Part shown: positions 38,509 to 49,856 of the stretch, piece after piece
Layout: each line of letters starts with the position of its first letter
Numbering within the stretch: position 1 is the first letter of the stretch
IMG/VR virus record: IMGVR_UViG_3300014526_000001
Length of the DNA: 64,000 nt
Strand: one strand, 5' to 3'
From: an uncultured virus (IMG/VR IMGVR_UViG_3300014526_000001)
Lineage: Duplodnaviria > Heunggongvirae > Uroviricota > Caudoviricetes
Program-made: the position numbers and the translations under genes
Notes under the pieces: generated by a model
Told to the model about the DNA's origin: nothing
Seen by the model: only the letters and a program-made list of their open reading frames with translations
Databases searched by the model: none

Positions 38509-39492
38509 ATGGCTAGAACTAAATGGCAAAAACCAGCTGGTGATAACTTTGTATCAGATATGAGAAAAGCGGCTCAAAAGGCTGCCGAAAAAACAGAGAT
38601 ACAATTAAAAGATATTGTAGAAGAAGATACTGGTATTCGCGTACAAAAAATCCGTCTAAGTGACCTTCATGATGCTCCAAATGGCTGGAACGTCTATCGT
38701 GACATCAAGGAAGATAAGGATCTCTTTGAACGCATGCGCAAATCTATTCTAAATGTAGGTCTACTTTCTCCAATTATTGTTTGGGAAAGAGAGAAGGGTA
38801 ACGGCTTTTATATCCTAATGGGCCATAGCCGTAAACGTGTATTTGAATATCTTTATAAAGAAGAAGGTTTTGAAGAATACGGCGAAATCTTTGCATTTGT
38901 TCGACCTCATGATTCCCTTACAAAAGCTGAAGCGATAGGAATTATCACAGACTCAAATATTTCACGAGGCAACTTAACAGAAGCTGAAAGGATTTTAGAA
39001 ACGGGCTTACACATCGAAGCATTCGAAGAAGAAGCTCAAAAGATTTTCGTAGAATCTGGTAAGTATGCACGATTAAGAGATGTTATAGGTGAAATGATTG
39101 GCCGAAAAGATGGAAAAGACGTAGATAATATCCGTGCATTGTGTAGCCTCCCAAGAGAAGTTTTGGACCTCATTAACACTACACCAATCACTAAAACGCA
39201 CCTACTAAATGTAGCCGTGCGTAACGAAGAAGTGCAGCAACTTCTAATAAATCATAAAGAAAAAATTACAAAGGAATTTGTGGCTATGTTAAAGCCAGGG
39301 CTTTCTGTCGAAGATATTAGAAAAGCGTTGGAAGAGAATTATATCAAACCTGAGCCAGATACAATTACAATTACTGTACCAGATGGTGAAGGATACCGTT
39401 TAACGAAAGTCTTCAGTAGTATTTTAGAAAACGAAGGAATAGAAGATTTCAAAGTAAAATTGAAGCGAAAAAGAAAAAAGACTACAGATTAA
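38509..39492 (+). CDS. parB: ParB-family partition protein
   Basis: SILNVGLLSPIIV...ILMGHSRKR ParB N-domain, directly after parA. Confidence 0.8.
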   Translation: MARTKWQKPAGDNFVSDMRKAAQKAAEKTEIQLKDIVEEDTGIRVQKIRLSDLHDAPNGWNVYRDIKEDKDLFERMRKSILNVGLLSPIIVWEREKGNGFYILMGHSRKRVFEYLYKEEGFEEYGEIFAFVRPHDSLTKAEAIGIITDSNISRGNLTEAERILETGLHIEAFEEEAQKIFVESGKYARLRDVIGEMIGRKDGKDVDNIRALCSLPREVLDLINTTPITKTHLLNVAVRNEEVQQLLINHKEKITKEFVAMLKPGLSVEDIRKALEENYIKPEPDTITITVPDGEGYRLTKVFSSILENEGIEDFKVKLKRKRKKTTD

Positions 39493-39564
39493 TGTAGCCC
39501 ATTTTTATACTCATATCGATATGATATTTTGACCATCCCTCAAAGGCAAAATAATTATCGAAAG

Positions 39565-39602
39565 GCTCTAGTGGTTTTAATCCAGAACTGCTAGAGCTTT
39601 TT
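39565..39602 (+). terminator. Terminator after parB
   Basis: GCTCTAGTGGTT / AACTGCTAGAGC stem plus T-run. Confidence 0.6.
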
Positions 39603-39771
39603 AATCCAATGGCTTTTTGTTTTAGATATTATTACATAAACTTTAAAGCAAAAGCTGTAGGACACTGCTTATTTCGAATTGTACCAACAAATTGAGTCTC
39701 AGACAATGGCTAATCGTCATAGGTGATTTTAGATATATTCATATTCAATAAAAATGGAGTAGGGTCAAATC

Positions 39772-41613
39772 CTACTCCCTTATTAGTTTGATATCAAATG
39801 CTTCTTTCTTTGAAACAATTTTTAAAGCAACTTCATCCCAACTATCGTTACAGATAAGTTGGTAAACGAAAACAGTATCATGAATAGAATCAGAACGTTC
39901 AAGGCGACCATGTCTTTGAGTCTGAATCGCGTAACTCTCAGCAGGCTCTATTTCAATTAAGTACTTACAATGTGATAAATTGATGCCTTCAGCTCCCGCA
40001 TTGGAAGCCAATAGAACCTTGAAATTGTCATTGTCACGGAATTTTGTATAGGCTTCTTCATAACGTTCTTCACTGGTAAACCCACCATGAATTTGTGCTA
40101 TTTTTACGTCAGGGAACTCTTTCGCAAATCTTTTAATAATAATATCCTGCATCTTCTTGAAACGAGAATAGATTGCGACTTTTTCTCCCGACGAAATAAT
40201 TTCCTCGACCAATTCTACAAGGATTTCCATCTTGTTTGACTTTGCACCTGTAATAAATTGAGAAGCCATCTCTGATTCACTAAGGGTAAATAGTTCCTCA
40301 GAATTAGCCAACTGTTGTGCAAACGTCTGATGTGCCAATATTAAGGCCTCGACTTTTGCCAATTCCGGATTATTAAGGGAATCTCCTTCAGTCTTAAAAT
40401 TGGCTCGAATGGCTTTCTCCTGCTCTTTAAGCTCATCTATCTTTTGTGTAATATTGATGTACATCTTACGTTGAGCAGGTTCAAACTCACAGTATCGTTG
40501 CATTACAACGAGTTTTGGGAGAAAATTTGCGACCTCTTCTTTTGATTTTATAAAAAGACTAGGAGCAATTTTTTCACGTAACTTATCTAAATTTTTAAAA
40601 CCTACAACTTTTCCATAACCAGCATATTTAATATAAAGCGCAGAGAAGTTACCCCATTTAGGAAATGTTTCTGGAGAAACAAATCGAAAAATCCCATATA
40701 AGTCTTCAGGGTTTTTTCCTACCGGTGTGGCTGTAGCCCCTACTTTATATGGCACATCTGAAAATTCACTGACAGCCTTAGAACGTTTAGAATCTTTGGA
40801 TTTAATGTATTGAACCTCATCAGCAAAAATGTACTCAACATTTGCTTGTCGAAGCTCCTGACTGACATCTTTTTCTCTTAATGTCTCATAATTAAGAACA
40901 AACAAATCTGCCTCTTTAAATTGATCTTTAAACACTTTTATAGATTCTTTTTTTAGATTGATGATCTCTTTTTGAATTTCTGTAACTTTCGAATCTTTCG
41001 GGTTATTCTTCAGTAGTTTTTTTAGAGTATTCTCACGTCTCTTTATCTTTGTTAAAATAGGCGCAGCTACTTCTTTTGAAGACAAGACTACTTTTGATTT
41101 TAAGTCAGAGAATTTCTCTACCTCTTTGTGCCACTGGTATTTTAAAGATGCTTTCACAATAATCATCCCAGGGCCACTCACTTTACCTCTTTCTTTTAAT
41201 TCTAAGTAAGCGCCAATACCTGTACAGCTTTTTCCTGCGCCACAAGGAAGAATTAAGAGAGTTTCATGTGTGTCTACTATATATTTAATCGCCTCTTTTT
41301 GATATTCATAAGGTTGAAGTTTCAAGTTTTTGCCCATGCTCTCGTAGCCGGACACTTCTTTTTTTATAGAGACAGGAATTGCCGTTGGTTTTTCTGGTAC
41401 CTTGAATAAACTCTTGATAACTTTAATACCATCTTCATCAAAAAACCAGGCTTTATTTTCAATATCGTAGTCTTTCTCTTCGACCATCATCACTTTATTA
41501 ATATACTCATTGAATTGGTGACGCTTACCAGCAAACGTCACCTTGTATCGGTCGTCGACTTTTTCAATGTTGATTAAGCTCAAAGCCGGTTTCACCTCTA
41601 TTTTATTTTTCAA
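39772..41613 (-). CDS. SNF2-like SF2 helicase
   Basis: PCGAGKS, DEVQ, ATATP, AGAEGINL, QRHGRLER motifs. Confidence 0.85.
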   Translation of the reverse strand: MKNKIEVKPALSLINIEKVDDRYKVTFAGKRHQFNEYINKVMMVEEKDYDIENKAWFFDEDGIKVIKSLFKVPEKPTAIPVSIKKEVSGYESMGKNLKLQPYEYQKEAIKYIVDTHETLLILPCGAGKSCTGIGAYLELKERGKVSGPGMIIVKASLKYQWHKEVEKFSDLKSKVVLSSKEVAAPILTKIKRRENTLKKLLKNNPKDSKVTEIQKEIINLKKESIKVFKDQFKEADLFVLNYETLREKDVSQELRQANVEYIFADEVQYIKSKDSKRSKAVSEFSDVPYKVGATATPVGKNPEDLYGIFRFVSPETFPKWGNFSALYIKYAGYGKVVGFKNLDKLREKIAPSLFIKSKEEVANFLPKLVVMQRYCEFEPAQRKMYINITQKIDELKEQEKAIRANFKTEGDSLNNPELAKVEALILAHQTFAQQLANSEELFTLSESEMASQFITGAKSNKMEILVELVEEIISSGEKVAIYSRFKKMQDIIIKRFAKEFPDVKIAQIHGGFTSEERYEEAYTKFRDNDNFKVLLASNAGAEGINLSHCKYLIEIEPAESYAIQTQRHGRLERSDSIHDTVFVYQLICNDSWDEVALKIVSKKEAFDIKLIRE

Positions 41614-42103
41614 ATATAAACTTACTCATTAGTCGTAGTATTTTAATTACTGCAACTTCCTCACCATAATAGGCCACGATTTCAGCATCAGATTTATCAT
41701 AAGAATAGATAAGATCATCAACGAGAGATTTAGATCTCCAGAAACATTCTTGGATATCTTCATAATTAAACGTTTCAAGTAGTTCGTGTGCAGCATTGTT
41801 TATACAACGCAAACTTTGGTCAATTTTTGCTTCATTCAATGAAGTTACTGTAACTGTTGCGCGTATGTCCATTTTTTTCATCATATGATAAAAGATAATT
41901 TGACTTGATCGGTCTAGGGACTGTATCAAATCCCTCACGAACATCATAAAGCAATATCTTTTGTAGTCCATTTGGTTAATATGTACAGACCCTACCTTAC
42001 GATAAAATAATCCTTTTAATTCTATAATGTTGTCATAAAACATCGTAAACCTTTGATCCTGAGTTGTTGATATAAAATTTGGCTGTCGAAGAATACTAGA
42101 CAA
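41603..42103 (-). CDS. Hypothetical protein
   Basis: 166-aa ORF with GGGGAGGG RBS; overlaps the helicase start. Confidence 0.65.
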   Translation of the reverse strand: MSSILRQPNFISTTQDQRFTMFYDNIIELKGLFYRKVGSVHINQMDYKRYCFMMFVRDLIQSLDRSSQIIFYHMMKKMDIRATVTVTSLNEAKIDQSLRCINNAAHELLETFNYEDIQECFWRSKSLVDDLIYSYDKSDAEIVAYYGEEVAVIKILRLMSKFIFEK

Positions 42104-42152
42104 ATGATAGCCCCTCCCCTATCGAAGTTACTGAAAAGAGAAGACAATCTTG

Positions 42153-43247
42153 TTAACTCTTCGTGAAATCAATAATGCTTTGGTAGAACTCTTGTCCAAC
42201 ATCAATATATTGTTGAAATAAATTTGCACGATAAGCTTTAGAATTTTTCGCTTCGGCACTCATATTGCTATCTTTCAACGCTATTTGTTGCACCTGCCAA
42301 TTGAAAATTTGCAAAAATTCTTGCGTGGCATGAATTAAGTCGTCTTTAAATCGCACTGATCGATCGAGATTAGCTTCTAGTTTCCCATTTAATAATATTA
42401 ATTCATGGTTCTTGTCTTGAAGTTCTTGACTCTCTACCAGTACTTTTTGAAGCATAGTATGACCTTGATCTAGTTGCTCTTTCAGCTTTTCAATCTCATC
42501 CATTTGGTTCAGGACCTTTTGCTCAATGTAAAGTCTCATAGTAGATTGGTCTTGTTCTAATCTTCCTAAAAGAATTGAAATGGCTTCCGATGGCGACTTG
42601 TCGTTCAATTGCTGCAAGTTAATTGTCACGGATAAATCCTTTGGCTGTTCGTCTACTGTACTATTATTCCCTTTAGAATCTACAATAGTTCTCGTTTCAG
42701 TCTCTTTTAAGAATATCCTAAATTTGTTACCACCGTCAATAAGTAGTTTGTTATTTAGCAAAAAATTGGTTATATCTTCTATGTCATTTTCAAGAAGTAA
42801 AAGAGTGTCAGACATTTCTTCTGCCGAAGGTAGATCAAAAGGCTCAGTTCCGTACATAGTTTTTAAGTAATTCAAATATGACAGAATATTGTAAAGCTCA
42901 GAATGATCTCTATATCCTAATTTTTGTTTAATAAATTCAACCTCTTCTTCGGTTAAATTACTGTACCTCTTATTATCAATTGCCTTAAACTTTGTCTCTT
43001 TATCTACAAATCTAAATTGTAATGGTTTTTTACTTTTCGATGGATCTAAATTCAGTTTGAAAAGTATGTTTTCATGAACCTTTAAATTTTCCATTAATCG
43101 CTTTGTTACGGAAGATCCTGGTGTTGTACCAACAAGTTTTGCAATATCACGATACGTTAAAGTAACCCAGCTGCCCTCCTTCGTGTTCTCTAAAATATAG
43201 TCAACCAAAATACTTAATTCATCCGTGAGGTCCTTTTTAATTGCCAT
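42153..43247 (-). CDS. Hypothetical protein (putative winged-helix N-terminus, coiled-coil C-terminus)
   Basis: GGGAGG RBS before ATG 43247; TLTYRDIAKLVGT motif; heptad-rich C-terminus. Confidence 0.65.
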   Translation of the reverse strand: MAIKKDLTDELSILVDYILENTKEGSWVTLTYRDIAKLVGTTPGSSVTKRLMENLKVHENILFKLNLDPSKSKKPLQFRFVDKETKFKAIDNKRYSNLTEEEVEFIKQKLGYRDHSELYNILSYLNYLKTMYGTEPFDLPSAEEMSDTLLLLENDIEDITNFLLNNKLLIDGGNKFRIFLKETETRTIVDSKGNNSTVDEQPKDLSVTINLQQLNDKSPSEAISILLGRLEQDQSTMRLYIEQKVLNQMDEIEKLKEQLDQGHTMLQKVLVESQELQDKNHELILLNGKLEANLDRSVRFKDDLIHATQEFLQIFNWQVQQIALKDSNMSAEAKNSKAYRANLFQQYIDVGQEFYQSIIDFTKS

Positions 43248-43259
43248 ACTTTTAATCCT

Positions 43260-43720
43260 CCCTAATGTCCATAATCGCATTAGGTAGACTTCGTCTATCT
43301 CGTCTATAAATCGCGAGGCAGTTGTTCTCATTGTTTGTCATATATAGAAACATTTTTCGGTCGTGTAATAAACAATATTATTCTGCTCGTGAAATGGCTA
43401 CGTAGAATAGTCGCCTCTCCTCGTCTACCTACTTTGAAGTAGTCGCCCTGTGATGTGGCGTAGTTCCTTCTTTGGCACCTATTATAATCACGACAAGGGA
43501 TTCTAAACCTTTCGAAGCATGTACCATTAAGAAGCTTCCCTTGATTTTTTTCTACAAAATTCAAAGACATGCTGAAGTCATAGAATGTCTCATTTCGTTC
43601 TGCGATTCTCTTAAATCCCGTAAATTCTGTAGACAATCTTCAACGTCCTGTTCTACTGAAAGATAACCTTCATAATCAATTAACCTGGTTATATCTTCGA
43701 TTAGCCCTTAAAACGAAATA
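43260..43720 (-). pseudogene. UvrD/PcrA helicase C-terminal remnant
   Basis: VHASKGLESLVVIIIGAKEGTTPH, stop, DEERRLFYVAISRA, stop, then SRFIDEI in a shifted frame. Confidence 0.85.
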
Positions 43721-43947
43721 CCCTTCTCGGATTTTTGCTGAAATAGCGCCATTATTTATTGAAGTTGTCTAGGCCTTCTATTGCTTTTCCTTTAATACTT
43801 TCCCTTTTCATACTCCAATTAAACTCATTTTAGCACTTTTTTATTCATTTGCAACTATCACAATGTTTGAAAATACGTTTCAGGACTTTCTTCTTTAGGC
43901 ACATTAACGACACGCTAGAATACTTGTTAATGCTAATAATTATGCAA

Positions 43948-43984
43948 AAAAAGAACCTAAGACATAGTGTCTTAGGTTCTTTTT
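43948..43984. terminator. Bidirectional terminator
   Basis: AAAAAGAACCTAAGACA / TGTCTTAGGTTCTTTTT perfect stem. Confidence 0.75.
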
Positions 43985-44130
43985 AATTAGAAAAATAAGC
44001 CTCTAAAATCACCAAGTATTGAGACAAGGTGAAGATTTATTTGGCCATATGATATAAAGAAGATTCTCTTGTCTTTTGGTAAATTAAAAACAAATAATTT
44101 TTGCATTCCTCTGCTAACATATTATTATTA

Positions 44131-44478
44131 TTAGCCAGCAAAGAATACGTAACCGCTTCTTATATCAAAGTATTGCTTATGCTTGCTTACTATATACTCA
44201 GCAAGTGTTTTATGTGCTTTAGATATTTGGGAAAGATCATATGATACCAACATTTCTGCAATTTCACTATAATCTTTACCCTCATGCATATACCAGAATG
44301 CTTGGTCAGCTGAGTCAAATATTGCAATAGCGGAAGCCAAATCATCTAGCAGCCAACCATTAGGTATATCTTCAGAATACATTTCAAGGAACACCTTAAA
44401 ACGTTCTAAATTTTCTTCTCCCCAGTAATGATTTTCTTTTATATCTAACAATTCTTCTGGCGTAAATTGGATAGTCAT
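44131..44478 (-). CDS. Hypothetical protein
   Basis: 115-aa ORF with AAGGAGG RBS. Confidence 0.7.
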   Translation of the reverse strand: MTIQFTPEELLDIKENHYWGEENLERFKVFLEMYSEDIPNGWLLDDLASAIAIFDSADQAFWYMHEGKDYSEIAEMLVSYDLSQISKAHKTLAEYIVSKHKQYFDIRSGYVFFAG

Positions 44479-44712
44479 AGAACTTCCTCCTTATAACACA
44501 TTAGTATATTTACCATAATTTACTTGTATAACTACACTTATGCAATTAAGGCCTTTCAGCATTTCGTTTACATGTAATGTATTTTCCGAAAAATTTCAGG
44601 AGCTTTATTTATCTTATATATTTTTATAATGAACTAAATAAAGTTATTCAGAATTTTTAGTAAAGCATGGGAAATTACTTCCCAACGGAAAAGTTTTAGC
44701 TGTATAAACCCT

Positions 44713-44922
44713 TCAATTACTTTTTGTAATGCTTACTTGCACAGTAACAAATATGATCAATTGTAAAACAAAAATGAAACCTGAACTATTTAGCACTTCA
44801 AAGAATTCCTTTTTCGTGAATGAATAAAAGAGGATTATCAATGATAAAACCATAAATGAATGAGAAGTAAGCCCCAAAATTTTATTTTCATCCTTTAATA
44901 AATCTTTAATTATCTTTTTCAT
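44713..44922 (-). CDS. Small membrane protein
   Basis: 69 aa, two hydrophobic segments, AGGTGG RBS. Confidence 0.5.
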   Translation of the reverse strand: MKKIIKDLLKDENKILGLTSHSFMVLSLIILFYSFTKKEFFEVLNSSGFIFVLQLIIFVTVQVSITKSN

Positions 44923-44997
44923 ATTCCACCTACTTACATTAAAAGAGGATAAATATTTAATTGTATGCCACTGAAGATCTCTTCTTAGACTATATCT

Positions 44998-45696
44998 TCA
45001 TCCAATATTAATGGAATTAGTATTTTGGTATTTATAGTAAACTTGATATGTATTAGGAAGAGAGTGAATAATTTGTTTCATCGCTTTTAAAAGGTTTTCT
45101 TTGTATTCAGCGTTTATTAAGATAACGTCTTGTAATTTTTCATGTTTTAGAATGTATGTCTCATATCCTAGGCATGCATGTATCCATTCATTTAAATGAT
45201 CTGACTCTCGACTATTACTGAATCCCGTGTAGATACAAATATGGTCAGCAACAAAGTTTAAGCCTTGTTCTAAGATGTACATAGTGAGAAAGAACGGAGA
45301 GTTCATGTAATTTAGTACATACTCTAAGGTAAAGTTTTGTGCCTTATTAAGCCAATCATAAAAAATACGTAACTTACTTGTGTCAGTCCATTCAGCAACT
45401 AGTATGTCACGCTTCCTATAAACATGTAGGTTTTTAAGCCATCCTGTCTCTTCGATTATTTGTAGTTTGAAATCAAACAACTCTTTGTTACGTATATGAT
45501 GGCTAATCGTCAATTTTGTTAAATTCGCATCATGCCAACTCATATCACTACGCTTCATTTCAGCTGGTGTTGGATGAACATGACGAAGGTCAGTATTTCC
45601 AGATTGATATCCTGAAGTAATAATAGATAGGATTTTCTCTAGTTTTTTTATACACATTATTTGGTCAGACATTAAATATTCCTGATATATTGGCAT
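44998..45696 (-). CDS. Degenerate LAGLIDADG-2-like protein
   Basis: LTISHHIRNKELFDFK and LNYMNSPFFLTMYILEQG...IYTGFS pattern; the expected DDG reads EQG. Confidence 0.45.
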   Translation of the reverse strand: MPIYQEYLMSDQIMCIKKLEKILSIITSGYQSGNTDLRHVHPTPAEMKRSDMSWHDANLTKLTISHHIRNKELFDFKLQIIEETGWLKNLHVYRKRDILVAEWTDTSKLRIFYDWLNKAQNFTLEYVLNYMNSPFFLTMYILEQGLNFVADHICIYTGFSNSRESDHLNEWIHACLGYETYILKHEKLQDVILINAEYKENLLKAMKQIIHSLPNTYQVYYKYQNTNSINIG

Positions 45697-45710
45697 TTTC
45701 TTACCCCCAA

Positions 45711-45899
45711 TTACTTCATGTTGTTGATAGATAATGTTAATAGATTCTTAAATTCAATGATTTTCGTAATACTAGCAATGTCTTCTTTTACATAGTGAGA
45801 GAAGACTGATTCCAGTTCATCTAAAAACTGGTTCAATTCTCCCTGTGAAATAGAAAGGTTTACATTAAATTCTGAAGTCGTAATGACTGAAACGTCCAT
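45711..45899 (-). CDS. Hypothetical protein
   Basis: 62-aa ORF with AAGGAG RBS. Confidence 0.55.
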   Translation of the reverse strand: MDVSVITTSEFNVNLSISQGELNQFLDELESVFSHYVKEDIASITKIIEFKNLLTLSINNMK

Positions 45900-45997
45900 T
45901 TATCAACATCTCCTTATTTTATAGTTAGAATTATAGCTTAGACCCTTACTCAATTTGGGTATTTCTGTTTTGAACTAAAAAATGATGAATGTCGTCA

Positions 45998-46339
45998 TTA
46001 TGTTTGGATAAGTTTTATAAAATCGTCCAATTGTTTCGCAAGCTGTTCATATTCAGCCATTTTAGCAATGACCTCTGGATTACGAGGTATTTTTTCTAAC
46101 TCTGCCTTACGTTGCTTCATTACTAAGGAAGTAGCACGTAGCATCGGCTTTAAAATATAAAGATCAAATGCGTCTCCTTCTTTTCCCTGAGACATCTTTA
46201 AAGCTTCTTCCATCATAATTGATACAACGCCATGACGGGCCGCTCTCCCTTCAAATGGGGAAGCAACCACGCAAGCGCCAAGATAATTAATTAATCCAGC
46301 ACGGATTTGTGTTAAATCATTTGAATACAAGGCTATCAC
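45998..46339 (-). CDS. Hypothetical protein
   Basis: 113-aa helical ORF co-oriented with neighbours. Confidence 0.55.
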   Translation of the reverse strand: MIALYSNDLTQIRAGLINYLGACVVASPFEGRAARHGVVSIMMEEALKMSQGKEGDAFDLYILKPMLRATSLVMKQRKAELEKIPRNPEVIAKMAEYEQLAKQLDDFIKLIQT

Positions 46340-46882
46340 CTTTCCTGGCTAATTCTTTATTTGTTTGAATCTTCCACATTATCTGTATCAGACAGGTTAA
46401 TCAGTTTCATGCAAACTACCCCGATGAAAAGAATTAGCCCGAAAGTAACTATAATAATGGGTAACAGTGATAAATGAATCATCATTTATTGCAATGTAAA
46501 CTGAAACGACCCTGTCTGGACATTTTTATTATTGAATTACTATAACTAGTTGGCAACGCTCTAACTAAACAGCGAATATGTCAAAGGAAACACGTTTACT
46601 AAAGCTTTTAGTTGCATTAAGAAAGCCTACTGAAGTCTATCATGCTTTCGTAACTTCCCACATCATCTTTAGTGCATCCTAAACAAACGTGATTTCATAC
46701 ATTTCATTATATCTACTGGATAACCGTCAAAAGATTCAAAATTCCATGGTTCCTCAAGTATAGTATTTATGGCACGCCTCCCGTTGTGCATTCATATAAT
46801 TATTTTCTCTAATCCGCTCAGTTCTAATTCATGTATAACAAGATAGTAAAACAAGTTACTAGTAGAACCTTTCTATCCTTAC

Positions 46883-47485
46883 TTATTCTTCAACAATAGA
46901 CATAGAATTAACTGAAAGTTCGTAGACCGTCTTAATATCACCTGTTTTTGAGCGATAATTACGAGATTGAAATCGTCCGTGAATCGAAACACATTCCCCT
47001 ACTTTTAAATTTTTTGCTAAAGTAGCGTCAATACCCCAAGCAATTGTAGGAATATACGATTCTTTTCCGAAGGAACGATTATGAGCCACTAATAGATCAG
47101 CAATCCGACGTCCCTGGCCAGTTTCACGATAAACTGGTTTTTTCACTACAAACCCTTGCAAGTCAATAACATTTTTGTCACCGATTTTAGCTAATTTTTC
47201 TTTAGAGATCTCCTCGATTTCTTGTAGATAATTAAACACGATTAAGCGACTTTTACCATCAATTTCTCTATTAATTGTTCGTATTTCTCCAATAGAACTT
47301 ACATAATCACCGATCTTTATAGGATTATTATGTAGTAACTTATGAGACACGACAAAGGGTATAGTGTCAAAGGCACCGCTTTTACGTGGCACTTCTACAA
47401 GAAACTCATAAAAGTTATTGTCCTGTAAACTATGTGACTCTCTAATTTCTAGTACTTTTCCTGATAGTAATGTTTTATTTTTCAT
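46883..47485 (-). CDS. ssb: Single-stranded DNA-binding protein (tandem OB folds)
   Basis: VPRKSGAFDTIP; PVYRETGQGRRIADLLVAHNR...YIPTIAWG...GRFQSRNY...YELSV. Confidence 0.85.
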   Translation of the reverse strand: MKNKTLLSGKVLEIRESHSLQDNNFYEFLVEVPRKSGAFDTIPFVVSHKLLHNNPIKIGDYVSSIGEIRTINREIDGKSRLIVFNYLQEIEEISKEKLAKIGDKNVIDLQGFVVKKPVYRETGQGRRIADLLVAHNRSFGKESYIPTIAWGIDATLAKNLKVGECVSIHGRFQSRNYRSKTGDIKTVYELSVNSMSIVEE

Positions 47486-49090
47486 ATTTATAACCTCTCT
47501 CTAATATGTTTCAAGTTCATCTCTTAAACAGAGATAAACAATACTATACCTTTGTTACTTTGAATAAAGGTATATACAAGTAACCACTTCTATTATTATT
47601 TAATTAGCAATAGAAGAAGGTTATGTACAGGGTAATGATATGAGGTCATCGTCGATCTGGATGTAGCTAAGGTGAAAAGTTTATGATATCAACCATTTTT
47701 AATACCAAATGAATACGAGATGCACAACTCAATACCTTCAGGATTTACCAAATTTAAGGCTGTCTAGCTTTCTCCACATTTAGAGTTTTATCGAATATAG
47801 GCAATATAGCTTGTGTCTTGTACTAGTCGCTCATGCACTACTTAACAATCCTTGCTAAATCACCTTTCTCAGATATAGTTCTCCTTCGTTTACTTTGACA
47901 AAGTGCCAGCTTACCAGGCAATCCAGTAAACTTCATTGTTTTGCCTCATGTCATATCTTCTCTTTTTCTAACGATGCGGGCTTTTGAGGTTAGCCATAAA
48001 TATTATTAATATTTTTCCTCAGTTGAATCGTGTCTTGCTCCAATAAGTCATATAGTTGATTTTCTATTAAGCTTCGAAACGTTTGGCCTAAGGTCAAAGG
48101 CAAAAATAACTACAACCTTCTCATTAAAATACATTCTATCTTGGGCTAAACCCATTGAAATTATTGTATTTTATCAATCGCTCCACAAAAAATTTAAGAT
48201 CACAGAGAAGCAAACGTGGTCCTTTGAATTTATTGGATTGCCATTAGCATCCATTGTATCAAACTAGGTATAGATTAATAGACCTGGAATTAAGTCGGTA
48301 CGGAGACTAGATGTTCTTTTACTTTATAATATCTAAAGTCCCTATTAAATATGTAAAAAAGTAATTCTTGTTCTTCCACATTGTTGTCTACCCGTCTACT
48401 AAGGTTCAATCAATTATCTTGTCACTTCAAAAGCTATATTAGTAGACAGAGACATGAATCATAGATAATACTTTTAATAAAATTTGAACATTACTATCCT
48501 TCAAATCATCCAGCAGGATTAATGTCATTGAATTACCACTTAAGATACTATTAAAGCCTCTTGTCTTTATTGAAAGGTATCAGAAATCTCTATCTTTTCT
48601 CTATTGTTATCTTCTTACCCACAATTTAAGAAAGGCAATGGAATTGCATATTCTTTCTATAGTTACTGCCCAGCTAACCTTTAGCAGAAACTAATAACAT
48701 ATGAGCTTTGTATAATAAACTATTCCACACCAATTCTTCTACTTCTAAAAGGTTGCTGCTGGTGACAGCCTTTGTTAAGAGATGACATTCGCATTTTTTG
48801 TGCTTGCTATTAAGACAAGAATATATAGATTGAGCTTTTAATGTACCAAACCCTACTACATAAGCTTGACAAGAATCTCCTTAACAGCACCGGATACTTG
48901 GTTGATGTTCCTAATCACATTTTGTAGATATATATTTATTATATCGTCATTTATTTCTCTATAAATAAGACAAGACCATCCTGTATAATCTTGTCTCTAT
49001 TCTAACAATAGAAGACTAGTTGAATCAATACTGATTATGATAATGGTCTTATTGCAAGTATTATCATAATGTAGATTTATAGTTGAACAA

Positions 49091-49285
49091 TTATTGCATC
49101 TTTTTCTGTAAGAGTATTTTCCCTTCCCCCAATTCTCGAATAAACTCATCGTCAATAATATCAATACAATTAATACTTTGTATTGTATCAATAACAGAAG
49201 GAACTGAAATATAAGCCACTGAAAGGGCTCCCATACTAAAAAAATAGTGTTCAACTTCTTTTAAATATACTTGCAAGTTCCTCAT
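49091..49285 (-). CDS. Hypothetical protein
   Basis: 64-aa ORF with GGGGG RBS. Confidence 0.4.
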   Translation of the reverse strand: MRNLQVYLKEVEHYFFSMGALSVAYISVPSVIDTIQSINCIDIIDDEFIRELGEGKILLQKKMQ

Positions 49286-49335
49286 TCCCCCAGCCCTATA
49301 CTATAATCTTAAATAATTTCTTTATCATAACTGAC

Positions 49336-49698
49336 TTACGCTATCTCTAAAACCATTTCACCATCTTTATAAATCAATGTTCCCTTCTCATTTAATAAAA
49401 GACACGTATAGTTTAGATGAGTTTCGAACTGGGGATTATCAGTAGAAAATTTCTTAAACCAATGATCAATTAACCCACGAGATCCAATACATACATTTAC
49501 ACAGGTACCGTCTTCATCTTCATAGTGTTCTGTTGTACAGGATGGTGCTCCCCAAACTTCTATAGGATCCTTGCCTTCAAGTGGTGCAGCAACTTCCAAT
49601 TTAATATTATTATTGTCATCTAAATGTTTCACTTTAAATTGTTCAATATCTTCTGCTGTTCCAATAACAGTCACAATTGTATGATAAGTATTTATCAT
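49336..49698 (-). CDS. Hypothetical protein (DUF1281/YubB-like by eye)
   Basis: TVIGTAEDIEQFK...WG motif; AGGAG RBS. Confidence 0.55.
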   Translation of the reverse strand: MINTYHTIVTVIGTAEDIEQFKVKHLDDNNNIKLEVAAPLEGKDPIEVWGAPSCTTEHYEDEDGTCVNVCIGSRGLIDHWFKKFSTDNPQFETHLNYTCLLLNEKGTLIYKDGEMVLEIA

Positions 49699-49856
49699 GT
49701 TATCTCTCTCCTATCTTAATGAATCTACTGTCTTTTATCTTTATCTTATATGTACTTATGATTAAGTCAATAACTAAAATTCTTTTACCGCGGATATAAG
49801 ATTATATTAATAATAAATGATATTAATATCAATACCCAAGACAAGCTTTTTCCATT

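Noticed and set aside
43328..43636. 102-aa ORF in the track
   Set aside because: Off-frame reading of the UvrD pseudogene.
46357..46485. 42-aa hydrophobic ORF as a second type I toxin
   Set aside because: No strong SD, no convergent terminator, and a polar/acidic tail.
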